This document shows, one piece after another, positions 1 through 7,721 of a stretch of 20,792 nucleotides of DNA; positions within the stretch are counted from its first letter, which is position 1; every line of letters begins with the position of its first letter. This DNA is from Hormoscilla sp. Its GTDB lineage: Bacteria > Cyanobacteriota > Cyanobacteriia > Cyanobacteriales > Desertifilaceae. The notes below the pieces were generated by a model. That model ran no database searches and was not told the DNA's origin. It saw only the letters and a program-made list of their open reading frames with translations. A program made the position numbers and the translations under genes. The stretch lies in NCBI GenBank assembly GCA_051439505.1, contig JBFRWI010000137.1, positions 1 to 20,792 on the forward strand, given 5' to 3'.

Positions 1-10
1 TGCCGAAAAG

Positions 11-39
11 TTGACAGGTCGCCCATAGAGGTGTAGAAT
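11..39 (+). promoter_or_regulatory. sigma70-type promoter (TTGACA-17 bp-TAGAAT) upstream of the repeat/TPR gene
   Basis: TTGACA at 11-16, a 17-nt spacer, TAGAAT at 34-39; a second -10-like TATAAT lies at 96-101. Confidence 0.6.
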
Positions 40-242
40 ATGAGAGGTGAGTATGAAAGTTGGTAAGGTCTCCGGTGCGATCGGGCATTTGAGTGTATAA
101 TATGTATGAGGAGGCAGAAAAGTGCCATAATCAAAATGGCAAAAAAGATAATGAATGATATAATGAGTATTATCGAACCCGGGCAATCACAATAATAACG
201 ATACCCAATCACCGTACAGTATGCAATCACAAATTACCTGCC

Positions 243-2063
243 ATGAGTATGAAAGAAAAAAACGAAGCTCAGTTGACCGAGATGGAAGAAAGGCGATTTG
301 ATGAATTGAAATTCAAGTATAAAGCGACTAAATATTCAGATTCATCCCCTGACAGCCATCTGTATAAAGTTCTCAAAAAAATTGATGCCGACAGTCAGCT
401 AGGAGAGTCAGATATTAACTTTTTGAAAAAGCGTCAACTGACGGAGACGCTAAAAATTGTTTCGGAGATGGAAGAAAAGCGAAGATTTGCGGAACTGAAA
501 GTTAAGTATAAAGCGACTGAATGTGAGGATACTTCACCGGCGAACCAACTGTATGAAATTCTCAAAAAAATTGATGCAGGCAGTCAGCTACGAGAGTCAG
601 ATATTAACTTATTGAAATATGGTCAACTGACGGAGACGCTGAAGATTGTTTTGCAAATGGAAGAAAAGCGAAAATTTGCGGAACTGAAAGTTAAGTATAA
701 AGCGACTGAATGTGAGGATACCTCACCGGCGAGCCATCTGTATGAAGTTCTCAAAAAAATTGATGCAGGCAGTCAGCTAGGAGATGCAGATATTAAATTT
801 TTGCGAGAGCAGAAACTGACGGAGACGCTGAAACCAATGCAAGAAAAACGATTTGCGGAACTGAAAGTTAAGTATAAAGCGGGCAAATATAAAGATTCAT
901 CTCCTGACAGCCATCTATATAAAGTTCTCGAAAAAATTGATGCAGGCAGTCAGCTAGGAGAACCAGATATTAATTTCTTGAAAAAGCGGAAATTGACTGG
1001 GACGATTGCGATCGGGATTAAAAAATGCGAAAAAAGTGCTGCTAGTATAAAGTATAGGATTGAAGTGGGAGAGCCCTTGAGTGAGGCTGATGTTAATTGG
1101 CTGAGAAAAAATGGACAGACTGAGACGCTGGAGATCGGGATTGAAAAATATGCTGCTAGTTTAAAGCATAAGATTGAAGTCGGAAAGCAGTTGAGTGAGG
1201 CTGACGTTAATTGGCTCAGAAAAAATGGAGGTGAGGATGTAATTAGTTTTGCTCAAGACTTTGCTAAAGAGAAAGAAAAATTGGCGAGACTAAAGAAAAA
1301 GTATGATGTCTCGGAGTCCCAATACAAATTACCTTCTTGCCCATTGTACCCAATTCTGCAAAAGCTGGAGAAAGGAGAGCGGCTTGAGGAAATGGATGTT
1401 GCTTGGCTTCAGGAGAATAAAGTCGAAGAATCTCAACCACGTTACAGCTATTATAGCTATGATGGAGATAGCTATTATGGAGAGCGGCGTTCCCAAGGTC
1501 GAAAACTGTTTAGTGGCAAGATTTGGATCGCTTACCACAAAATAGAAGCAACTTTCTATGAACAGGAGTACGATCGCACTGGCAATAAATGGAACTTGCC
1601 CAACGCCAGTAGTCATTGGCGCAAAGCAGATGAACCGAGAGCTGCATTGAAAGTAACAGAAAATCTGAACTTTAACACAATCAAAGAAAATAAGCTCAAG
1701 TCAGCTTTGCTCACAACAAGAGGGGGTGCTTTCCGCGATCTTCATAAACTATATGACGCCGAAAAGTGCGCCAAAAAAGCGATTGAATATCAACCGCAAA
1801 GTCATCATCCTTACACTTTAATGGGCGCGATTTGTTTTGAAAGGGGTCAACATGCAGAGGGAGAACGCTGGTTTGATAAAGCAATTAAGCGTGGTGCTTC
1901 ACCAAGAGATCTAGATGCAGAAATGAAGCGAGTTGTCAAAAATGCCGCTCCTAATAAGCGACGGGAACTTGTGGAATATCTGCTCAAAAAAGATCGCGCT
2001 CGATATGCTTGGGCTAAGTCTTACCTGAAGAAGGATAACAAATCAAAAAAGGCGAACAACTGA
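243..2063 (+). CDS. Hypothetical protein with N-terminal ~60-63 aa helical tandem repeats and a C-terminal TPR-like region
   Basis: 606-aa ORF; four repeats 'MEE.R.FAELKVKYKA......SP.SHLY.VLKKIDAGSQLGE.DI.FL....LTETL' plus two shorter 'EK.AAS.K..IEVG..LSEADVNWLRKNG' repeats; the C-terminal 'LLTTRGGAFRDL..LYDAEKCAKKAIEYQP...PYTLMGAICFERG' is TPR-like. Confidence 0.85.
   Translation: MSMKEKNEAQLTEMEERRFDELKFKYKATKYSDSSPDSHLYKVLKKIDADSQLGESDINFLKKRQLTETLKIVSEMEEKRRFAELKVKYKATECEDTSPANQLYEILKKIDAGSQLRESDINLLKYGQLTETLKIVLQMEEKRKFAELKVKYKATECEDTSPASHLYEVLKKIDAGSQLGDADIKFLREQKLTETLKPMQEKRFAELKVKYKAGKYKDSSPDSHLYKVLEKIDAGSQLGEPDINFLKKRKLTGTIAIGIKKCEKSAASIKYRIEVGEPLSEADVNWLRKNGQTETLEIGIEKYAASLKHKIEVGKQLSEADVNWLRKNGGEDVISFAQDFAKEKEKLARLKKKYDVSESQYKLPSCPLYPILQKLEKGERLEEMDVAWLQENKVEESQPRYSYYSYDGDSYYGERRSQGRKLFSGKIWIAYHKIEATFYEQEYDRTGNKWNLPNASSHWRKADEPRAALKVTENLNFNTIKENKLKSALLTTRGGAFRDLHKLYDAEKCAKKAIEYQPQSHHPYTLMGAICFERGQHAEGERWFDKAIKRGASPRDLDAEMKRVVKNAAPNKRRELVEYLLKKDRARYAWAKSYLKKDNKSKKANN
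282..1015 (+). repeat. Four intragenic tandem repeats (periods 186, 189, 180 bp)
   Basis: Repeat-start ATGs at 282, 468, 657 and 837; long near-identical DNA blocks such as tttgcggaactgaaagttaagtataaagcg. Confidence 0.9.
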
Positions 2064-2086
2064 TATAATAGTATTGTCAATAAGTT

Positions 2087-2129
2087 CGATCGCCCGCTGG
2101 GAAAAGCTCATCCAGACAGCGGGCGATCG
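2087..2129. terminator. Hairpin between convergent genes (possible bidirectional terminator)
   Basis: 13-bp perfect inverted repeat cgatcgcccgctg (2087-2099) / cagcgggcgatcg (2117-2129) between the stops at 2063 and 2134; no U-tract. Confidence 0.5.
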
Positions 2130-2133
2130 CCTC

Positions 2134-3615
2134 TCACAGCTTGCCATTCACATCCAGGGAAAACTTGCCGACTTTAACTTGCTGGTTAGGTTCCCAACTG
2201 ATGTATCGCAGGGTTTCTCCACTCGGTAGCGGCAGTCTGGCAAAACCCGGATCTTCTGCAAGTCGAGATAAAATGCGATCGTCAAACAAAACTAGGGTCC
2301 GGACTTGAGGCGGTAAAACTATTGGCGTTGCTTCCAGTCTGTGAACAAGAGATGTTTCCTGATAGTCATCTAGATAGAAGTTAAGGATGCGTCCGTAACG
2401 CCCTCTCGCCAGCACGACAGTCTCCGAGGCCCCAAAGCGATCGCGAATAGCTTCCACTCGCTCTTTCACAAAGCTATCGTGCTGCCGGATTTTCGTCCAG
2501 GTGCGCAACTCCCCCGGTCCCCACAGGAAAAATAAACTATTACAACTGATGACGATCGCGGCTATAATTATCCCGGCTTGGCGATGCCCGCGGGTTAAAT
2601 ATTGGCCGCATCGCGCGATCGCGAAACCGCCGAGCAGCACGAAGGCTGGCATAATGGTAAAACTGTGACCTTGGCGCTGAAAGTGGATAAAGATCAGGTA
2701 TGCTGCCCCTGGTGCGATCCACAGCACCAGGGTTTGCACTCGCCAGTCCTGCTTCACCCGGGAGAGTATGCTTTTTCTTTCTTTCCCTAAGACCCAAAGC
2801 AGGGGGAAAAACCCCAGACCGATACAGAAGAGTAGCGCTTTCACGAGGGCGATCGCATTATTCAGCATTCCCCAAATATTATCGGCATCTTCCAGGTGGC
2901 GATCGAGCCACATCTGAATAGCTTGCCAGTAAGCAGTTACTCCCCCTGACATTGCCACCATTGGCACGGCCCACAATGCCACTCCACCTGCCATCAGCAA
3001 CAATGCTACTATTATGTTTGCTCCCGAATATTTGCGATCGCGCATCCCCAAAGCAACTGCTATTGACCACAAGGGAAATAGGAAAACAGGAGTATTGGGT
3101 CGGATGCCACCCGCTAACCCCATCATGACAGCGGCAACAAAAAAGGCAATTTTGTCTCCTAACCGCAGCCGAAAACAGGCGATCGCCAGCACCAAAACCC
3201 AAGCATACTCCAGCATATAGGAGAGTCCCACCTCCCCGTAGAACCAGACCAGGGGACTCGATAGCATTAACAGACCACTCACCCAGGCCACGGATCTGCC
3301 GAACCAGCTAGCACTCAGAACGAAGGTGGCAGTGGCAGCTATCCCCGAGGCCAGAATGTTAACGCAGACCAAGCTTTGGTTGGCATCATGGAGAAACAGG
3401 TTAAACAACCGTCCCAGCAAGATGAGAAAGACAAAAGTTCCCGGGGGATGGGGCTGGTGCAACCGGACATCGAAGTCGGTCAGGGCCAGAGCAAAATTAG
3501 CCGCATCATGTTCGCTGAGGATCTCGCTTTGGAAGGGCAGGCGCGTGAGAATGCCCAGCAGTCCCAGAATGGCTGCGGTCCTCCAAATGCTGTTGGGAGT
3601 GGAAAGCTTCATCAA
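2134..3615 (-). CDS. Polytopic membrane protein, GT-C fold glycosyltransferase-like (PMT/ArnT/DUF2723-like)
   Basis: 493 aa with about 10 hydrophobic segments; acidic motif 'EHDAANF' and 'HQPHPPG' in the first extracytoplasmic loop; 'SPLVWFYGEV..SY' and 'GLAGGIRP' are typical of GT-C enzymes. Confidence 0.75.
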   Translation of the reverse strand: MMKLSTPNSIWRTAAILGLLGILTRLPFQSEILSEHDAANFALALTDFDVRLHQPHPPGTFVFLILLGRLFNLFLHDANQSLVCVNILASGIAATATFVLSASWFGRSVAWVSGLLMLSSPLVWFYGEVGLSYMLEYAWVLVLAIACFRLRLGDKIAFFVAAVMMGLAGGIRPNTPVFLFPLWSIAVALGMRDRKYSGANIIVALLLMAGGVALWAVPMVAMSGGVTAYWQAIQMWLDRHLEDADNIWGMLNNAIALVKALLFCIGLGFFPLLWVLGKERKSILSRVKQDWRVQTLVLWIAPGAAYLIFIHFQRQGHSFTIMPAFVLLGGFAIARCGQYLTRGHRQAGIIIAAIVISCNSLFFLWGPGELRTWTKIRQHDSFVKERVEAIRDRFGASETVVLARGRYGRILNFYLDDYQETSLVHRLEATPIVLPPQVRTLVLFDDRILSRLAEDPGFARLPLPSGETLRYISWEPNQQVKVGKFSLDVNGKL

Positions 3616-3680
3616 AGAGTTGGGTTGACATCTGGGATCATTTTCCCATGCCTAGGGCGGGCGTCTCGCCTGCCAGCGTA

Positions 3681-3703
3681 GTAGGGTGGGCACCGCCCAC
3701 CAT
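3681..3703 (+). repeat. GTAG-type REP-like palindrome (GTAGGGTGGGCACCGCCCACC)
   Basis: GTAG foot followed by a GGTGGGC/GCCCACC hairpin; reverse-oriented relatives at 9007-9030, 10075-10097 and 20581-20602. Confidence 0.8.
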
Positions 3704-3707
3704 CCAC

Positions 3708-3759
3708 CCTTCGACTTCGCTCAGGGACCGCAGTTGTGGTCTGATGAGCGGTGTCGAGG
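3708..3759. repeat. Palindromic repeat of the CTTCGACTTCGCTCAG family
   Basis: ccttcgacttcgctcagggaccgca...tgtggtctgatgagcggtgtcgagg folds into an imperfect long hairpin. Confidence 0.6.
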
Positions 3760-3882
3760 CCAAAAACAACCAATGGGCGCAAGACCACACCCGTGAAGGT
3801 GAGACCAACCGTGCGTACATCTCATCAATGCACCCGAGGCAGTGCCCGTAGCCCTAGATCTCAAAAAAATTCTTTGAAGGGG

Positions 3883-3912
3883 TTGACAAAGGAAGTAGGG
3901 CTAGGTTATGCT
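3883..3912 (+). promoter_or_regulatory. sigma70-type promoter (TTGACA-18 bp-TATGCT) with upstream A-tract
   Basis: TTGACA at 3883-3888 and TATGCT at 3907-3912, preceded by aaaaaaattc; about 130 nt of leader to the ATG at 4047. Confidence 0.55.
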
Positions 3913-4046
3913 GTTTTTGTCGGGTAACCAAATGTTAGTTCGACAAATTTACCCAGTTAGGCTGGAAGCCTAGCCCGGAAGGGCAGTACCCGCGCTCAGT
4001 TGGTAGCCTTTTCACCGTCCCATAATTATCAGAACGAACGCAAATC

Positions 4047-4526
4047 ATGCAAAAAGTATTTAAGGTGCTAGTGGCATTAGTCGTTGCCGCAGCTCTGACT
4101 TGGATTCCTTCCTTTACTTCCGCTCCCGCACTGGCGGCTGATGTTGAATTCCATCCTGGACTCCAGTTTACAAGCGGTTACAATGGATTTGAGCAATTCC
4201 AAAGCGGTGCTATCTTCTCGCCGGGTCATGAAGTTCACGTCTATTATGACGCGCTAAGGGCGTCTTCTGATAATAACAGTTGTCCTCCATTTGGCCCAGG
4301 GACTGAGGTAACAGGCCACGTCATGTCTGATAATAGCGGCGATATTACTGAGTTCTCCCTTGGAAATCTCGATGAGGGCGTTGACTTCGTCAAGGTTGGA
4401 GAGTTTACTACCCCTGAGTGCTTTCAACAGAGTGGTACTATCCAGATGTGGTTCACTGCAACTGGCGCTGGCTGTGTAGACAGTGATTTCGGCCAGAATT
4501 ACACGTTCCCAGTAATTTGCCAGTAA
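4047..4526 (+). CDS. Secreted protein, DUF6209-like (beta-rich, possibly carbohydrate-binding)
   Basis: Sec signal peptide ending '...APALA-ADVE'; 'V.YD..R....C', 'IQMWF' and C-terminal 'GC.DSDFGQNYTF' recall DUF6209; four Cys residues. Confidence 0.65.
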   Translation: MQKVFKVLVALVVAAALTWIPSFTSAPALAADVEFHPGLQFTSGYNGFEQFQSGAIFSPGHEVHVYYDALRASSDNNSCPPFGPGTEVTGHVMSDNSGDITEFSLGNLDEGVDFVKVGEFTTPECFQQSGTIQMWFTATGAGCVDSDFGQNYTFPVICQ

Positions 4527-4609
4527 TAACTGTTGAGTCTGGAAATTATCCCCGAGTGAGGCCACTTAGCCTTCGCTCAGGCCCAATAACGGGATACTCG
4601 CCTTAAGGA

Positions 4610-4650
4610 GAACAGCCACGGCAGCAATGCTGTGGCTGTTCCCCTATTTA
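4610..4650 (+). terminator. Probable intrinsic terminator
   Basis: 14-bp stem gaacagccacggca / tgctgtggctgttc (one G-U pair) with a GCAA tetraloop, followed by an AT-rich tract, ~85 bp after the stop at 4526. Confidence 0.65.
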
Positions 4651-4813
4651 TTAACGCTTTGATACTCTTTTCGCTAGTCGGGGGACAGATGAGGAGTGGG
4701 TCTGCGATCGCACTTAAAAACTTGTCCCGCTTAAGGTTGGTAGCCGCAATATGATTATTATTTTAATTGCTTATACAAACTGTCCGTAGTGCTATGGTGA
4801 ATGTAAAATGAGG

Positions 4814-4839
4814 CAATTGAGAATTGATAATTGACAATT
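4814..4839. repeat. Heptamer short tandem repeat (STRR-like, NAATTGA)
   Basis: caattga gaattga taattga caatt. Confidence 0.55.
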
Positions 4840-4957
4840 CTGATTTGATTCAGTCCTGTCAGCAACAGCCCCGATCGCCGGCGCTCTGCCACCCCAAGAG
4901 CAAAAAGGACGATCGTCCCATGCTCCCTTTCTAACCAGGGAATTGCCGTTGTATAAT

Positions 4958-5057
4958 CTCATTAGCAGGCTCCGGGCTGGTAATGCGTCTGGTGGAGGCT
5001 CCCGCCTCCAGTCCAGCACTTACCCGAGGGTTCGGTGGCCGGAGCCTGGGAACCAGG
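4958..5057. repeat. Degenerate palindromic element of the cyanobacterial TTCCCAGG...CCTGGGAAC / GAGGC..GCCTC family
   Basis: Contains gaggctcccgcctc and ends in ggagcctgggaaccag; related segments at 8275-8303, 12979-13025 and ~20609-20670. Confidence 0.55.
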
Positions 5058-5103
5058 GAAGATCTGGCCTGGTAACGCGCCGGTGGCCTCCAGCCTAGAA
5101 AAT

Positions 5104-5235
5104 TCCCAAAAATTTGTTGTACTCTGACGAGAAGTTGTGTTATACTGATTTTTGTCAGCCCATCCAGCCTCTTGGCAGTGCTCCCAAAAATTTGTTGCAC
5201 TTCTAAAGAAGTTGTGTTATGCTGATTTTGGTAGC
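5104..5235 (+). promoter_or_regulatory. Tandemly duplicated promoter upstream of tRNA-Val
   Basis: Two ~55-bp direct repeats starting at 5104 and 5182, each tcccaaaaatttg-TTG(T/C)AC-17/18 bp-TAT(A/G)CT-gatttt with an extended -10 TGn. Confidence 0.7.
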
Positions 5236-5309
5236 GGACGTATAGCTCAGTTGGTTAGAGCACCACGTTGACATCGTGGGGGTCACTGGTTCGAGTCCAG
5301 TTACGTCCA
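5236..5309 (+). tRNA. trnV: tRNA-Val (anticodon GAC)
   Basis: Acceptor stem GGACGTA/TACGTCC plus discriminator A; D arm GCTC-AGTTGGTTA-GAGC; anticodon arm CCACG-TTGACAT-CGTGG; T arm ACTGG-TTCGAGT-CCAGT; CCA not encoded. Confidence 0.97.
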
Positions 5310-5569
5310 TTATTCCCTTCCTAAACACTGTTGTAACCATTGGTCGATGACTGATGACATCTCACCGGTCAGTCACTGCTGCTGACGATCGCGCTGCTTT
5401 CACTGCTATATCCAGCCATCCGATCGCTTCGGAAGCCTTCACAGATGGTCTCACGCCCCCACGGGACCGGTTGCAGCAAGATGCGATCGCGTGCAGTTGG
5501 GTCCTCTTTGGTGCCGGTAGCTGCTTGCGGCCCTTAACTTTAGCAGCAGTATAAACTTGCTTGAAGCCG

Positions 5570-5701
5570 TCCACTCTTGTGCGGAACTTGTCTCCCAGAA
5601 AATGTTAATCATTACAAAATATCTATATTCTCATTGAGTCTGAGAACAGAAAATTTAATCTGCTTAGACAAATTTTCATCCAGCAGGAAACGGATTTTCA
5701 T
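5570..5701 (-). pseudogene. Truncated or internally deleted DUF5615 (PIN-like) toxin gene
   Basis: The ATG at 5701 overlaps the DUF433 stop (ATGA) and reads MKIRFLLDENLSKQIKFSVLRLNENIDIL* (stop 5612-5614), with the 'RFLLDENLS' PIN-like N-terminus; another frame then reads 'IFWETSSAQEW', which resembles the family's C-terminus. Confidence 0.7.
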
Positions 5702-6030
5702 CTATCATTACTACGAGACTGTTTTCTTTGAACGATAATTTCCTGCATACGCTTTCTCATTGGACTTGGGTTTGCTAATGCTTCTTGATAACGCTGTTCT
5801 TTCCAATCATGTAGCCGTTGCATGTAGGCATCTATATCCTCTTTATTCCGGTAGTAGTAGGTGAGAGTTGCGTGAATCTTTTCTAAATTAAGTGATGGGA
5901 AATGATCGAGAATTTCCTCTGGGGTGCATCCTTGTAAGTAATAATCTAGGACGTTATCAATTTCAATTCTATGTCCCTTGATGCGGATGTCATCAGGGTT
6001 GAAAAATTAAAAGGAATCTTCTAATTGCAT
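5698..6030 (-). pseudogene. DUF433-domain antitoxin with premature stop at codon 8
   Basis: Manual translation: MQLEDSF*FFNPDDIRIKGHRIEIDNVLDYYLQGCTPEEILDHFPSLNLEKIHATLTYYYRNKEDIDAYMQRLHDWKEQRYQEALANPSPMRKRMQEIIVQRKQSRSNDR*; in-frame TAA at 6009-6007; not in the ORF track. Confidence 0.85.
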
Positions 6031-6064
6031 AACTTAACTTTTCCTCTTATCGGGTGGGGAGTTG

Positions 6065-6128
6065 AGAAACCGGGTTTCTTTGAATATCTTGGTGAGTAGG
6101 CGAAAATCCTGGAAGAAACCCGGTTTCT
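6065..6128. repeat. AGAAACCGGGTTTCT palindromic repeat pair
   Basis: agaaaccgggtttct (6065-6079) and its reverse complement agaaacccggtttct (6114-6128); a common cyanobacterial intergenic repeat. Confidence 0.8.
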
Positions 6129-6169
6129 GGTCTGCTTGCGATCGGCACGCGATCGCCGAAGCGCGGGCC

Positions 6170-6781
6170 TTAATACCAAAAAGTATTGAGAACTGGATAT
6201 TCTTCGTGGCCTTCAGGATAGGAATAGGGAGTCTCGGGATATTCCACTAGATAATGTGCTGGATATTCTTGAAGCACATTTTCTTCGATATATCCTGTAG
6301 CAGATTCGACAAATAATTTTTCGGGATCTTCTACAAGGTCGGTTTCCTCATATATTCCTCCAACGCCGATGGCGGTATTATGGACGTTGGCATCAGTCAA
6401 GACTATATCAACCATTGATGCCCCTGATACGTCAACGCTATAAATATTAGCACTGCTAAAATTCACTTCGTTGAGGTTGGCGTTCTGAAGACTGGCATTG
6501 GTTAAGTGAGCGCCGGTTAAGTTAGCTCCCTGTAGGTTTGCACCGGTTAAGTCGGCCCCTTCCAGGTTAGCATGGGTGAGGTTTGCCCCTTCTAGGTTAG
6601 CTTCTCTCAAGTCAGCGCCGATCAGATGTTCTTCAGATAGGTTTGCTCCCGAAAGATCGCAGCGATAACATTCCTTTGTTGTCAATAACTGTTCGAGGTG
6701 TTCGGGATTCTCAGCAGAAACGGCGCTAGTAAAAAGTAGAGGAGTTACTAAGGTGAGAGTCACTAAAATTTTCTCGATCAT
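6170..6781 (-). CDS. Pentapeptide-repeat protein with signal peptide and acidic C-terminal tail
   Basis: Signal peptide '...[10 protein letters not shown]', '[14 protein letters not shown]' cap and A(N/D)LxG pentapeptide repeats; RBS AGGAG upstream. Confidence 0.92.
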   Translation of the reverse strand: MIEKILVTLTLVTPLLFTSAVSAENPEHLEQLLTTKECYRCDLSGANLSEEHLIGADLREANLEGANLTHANLEGADLTGANLQGANLTGAHLTNASLQNANLNEVNFSSANIYSVDVSGASMVDIVLTDANVHNTAIGVGGIYEETDLVEDPEKLFVESATGYIEENVLQEYPAHYLVEYPETPYSYPEGHEEYPVLNTFWY

Positions 6782-7331
6782 AATTGTTCTCCTTTGTCAA
6801 TCTTGCTTGACCTTTACTACTTCCTCACATTTCCCATTATAGTAGGAAAGCACATTGTCGATCGCGATCGCCCCCAGGGGTTGCTTGTGAGCCCGATCGG
6901 GTTGGCGGGTGATAGCGGTAACTTACCCCACAGACTAAGTATATAGGGTAGCAGTTCCCTGCGATCGCCCACCCAGAAACATGGCCGAGCCGGTGCTGGT
7001 GGTGCAGATCGCGACGCCCGCGCTATAGCGGGCCGGGATTTTACTGGAACCGGTGCTGGTGCCCCGTCGGGTCAATCGGACGGAGGTATGACTAAATCGA
7101 GCGCAGGGTCCGGGCGAAGCACTTGCGTAGATCTTCAATAAATCATATCAAAGCATGTCGCGCAAGTGCTAGCTGCTGCGCAGCTGCTGCGCAGGGCGCC
7201 CCTACAGGAAATTTGTATATCATGTGGGCAAGGATATTTTATCCGCTAGGGAACGCGCAATAAGTATTGAGATCCATGTTAACTCTGCTATCATAAAAAT
7301 TGCCCGATCGCACTTATATCCAGAAGCACCA

Positions 7332-7559
7332 ATGAACATCACCTATGACCGGCAAATGGATAAAATGGAAATCATGAATGGGGTAGCAAACCCGGAAACA
7401 GTTGAATCTCTATCCTTAGAAAAGCGTCATGCTTTCATGGCACTGCACCTAAAACAACGCCGCCGGCTCTTAGCGGCACAAGCTGAGGCAATGGTAGCCC
7501 ATTACCAACAATATCCAGAATGGCAGGAACTACTGACAGGAGACATCCTTGATTACTAA
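7332..7559 (+). CDS. Small antitoxin-like protein (partner toxin apparently missing)
   Basis: 'RHAFMALHLKQRRRLLAAQAEAMVAHYQQYPEWQELLTGDILDY' resembles small cyanobacterial proteins I recall preceding PemK/MazF toxin genes; start uncertain (7224, 7332 or further downstream). Confidence 0.55.
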   Translation: MNITYDRQMDKMEIMNGVANPETVESLSLEKRHAFMALHLKQRRRLLAAQAEAMVAHYQQYPEWQELLTGDILDY

Positions 7560-7721
7560 TCTACCAGACCAAGTTGATTCGCGAGCCATAAATATTGTAC
7601 AACTCAAAAGCGAAAATTTGCACGGGCTACAGGCTGTAGCACGCTTCGCTATGATTGAGTTTCACGCTTTGTAGGTTGTATAATTCTGGAAAATGACTCA
7701 CTGGCAGTGAAAAAATGTATT

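Noticed and set aside
137..196. Short upstream ORF MAKKIMNDIMSIIEPGQSQ
   Set aside because: Only 19 codons with no recognisable motif; it cannot be supported from sequence alone
3735..3775. Hammerhead ribozyme core CTGATGAG
   Set aside because: There is no stem II and no following GAAA; the motif is just the right arm of the CTTCGACTTCGCTCAG palindrome
3885..3910. GGAAGTAGG resembling part of the glnA glutamine riboswitch
   Set aside because: It lies inside the promoter spacer and lacks the flanking CGTT...GAAGGAACG elements
5285..5309. tRNA 3' end as the att site of an integrated island
   Set aside because: I found no second copy of the tRNA 3' end and no integrase in the window; an att site outside the window cannot be excluded
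5354..5574. Small ORFs on both strands downstream of the tRNA
   Set aside because: No recognisable motifs or RBS; probably scrambled remnant DNA
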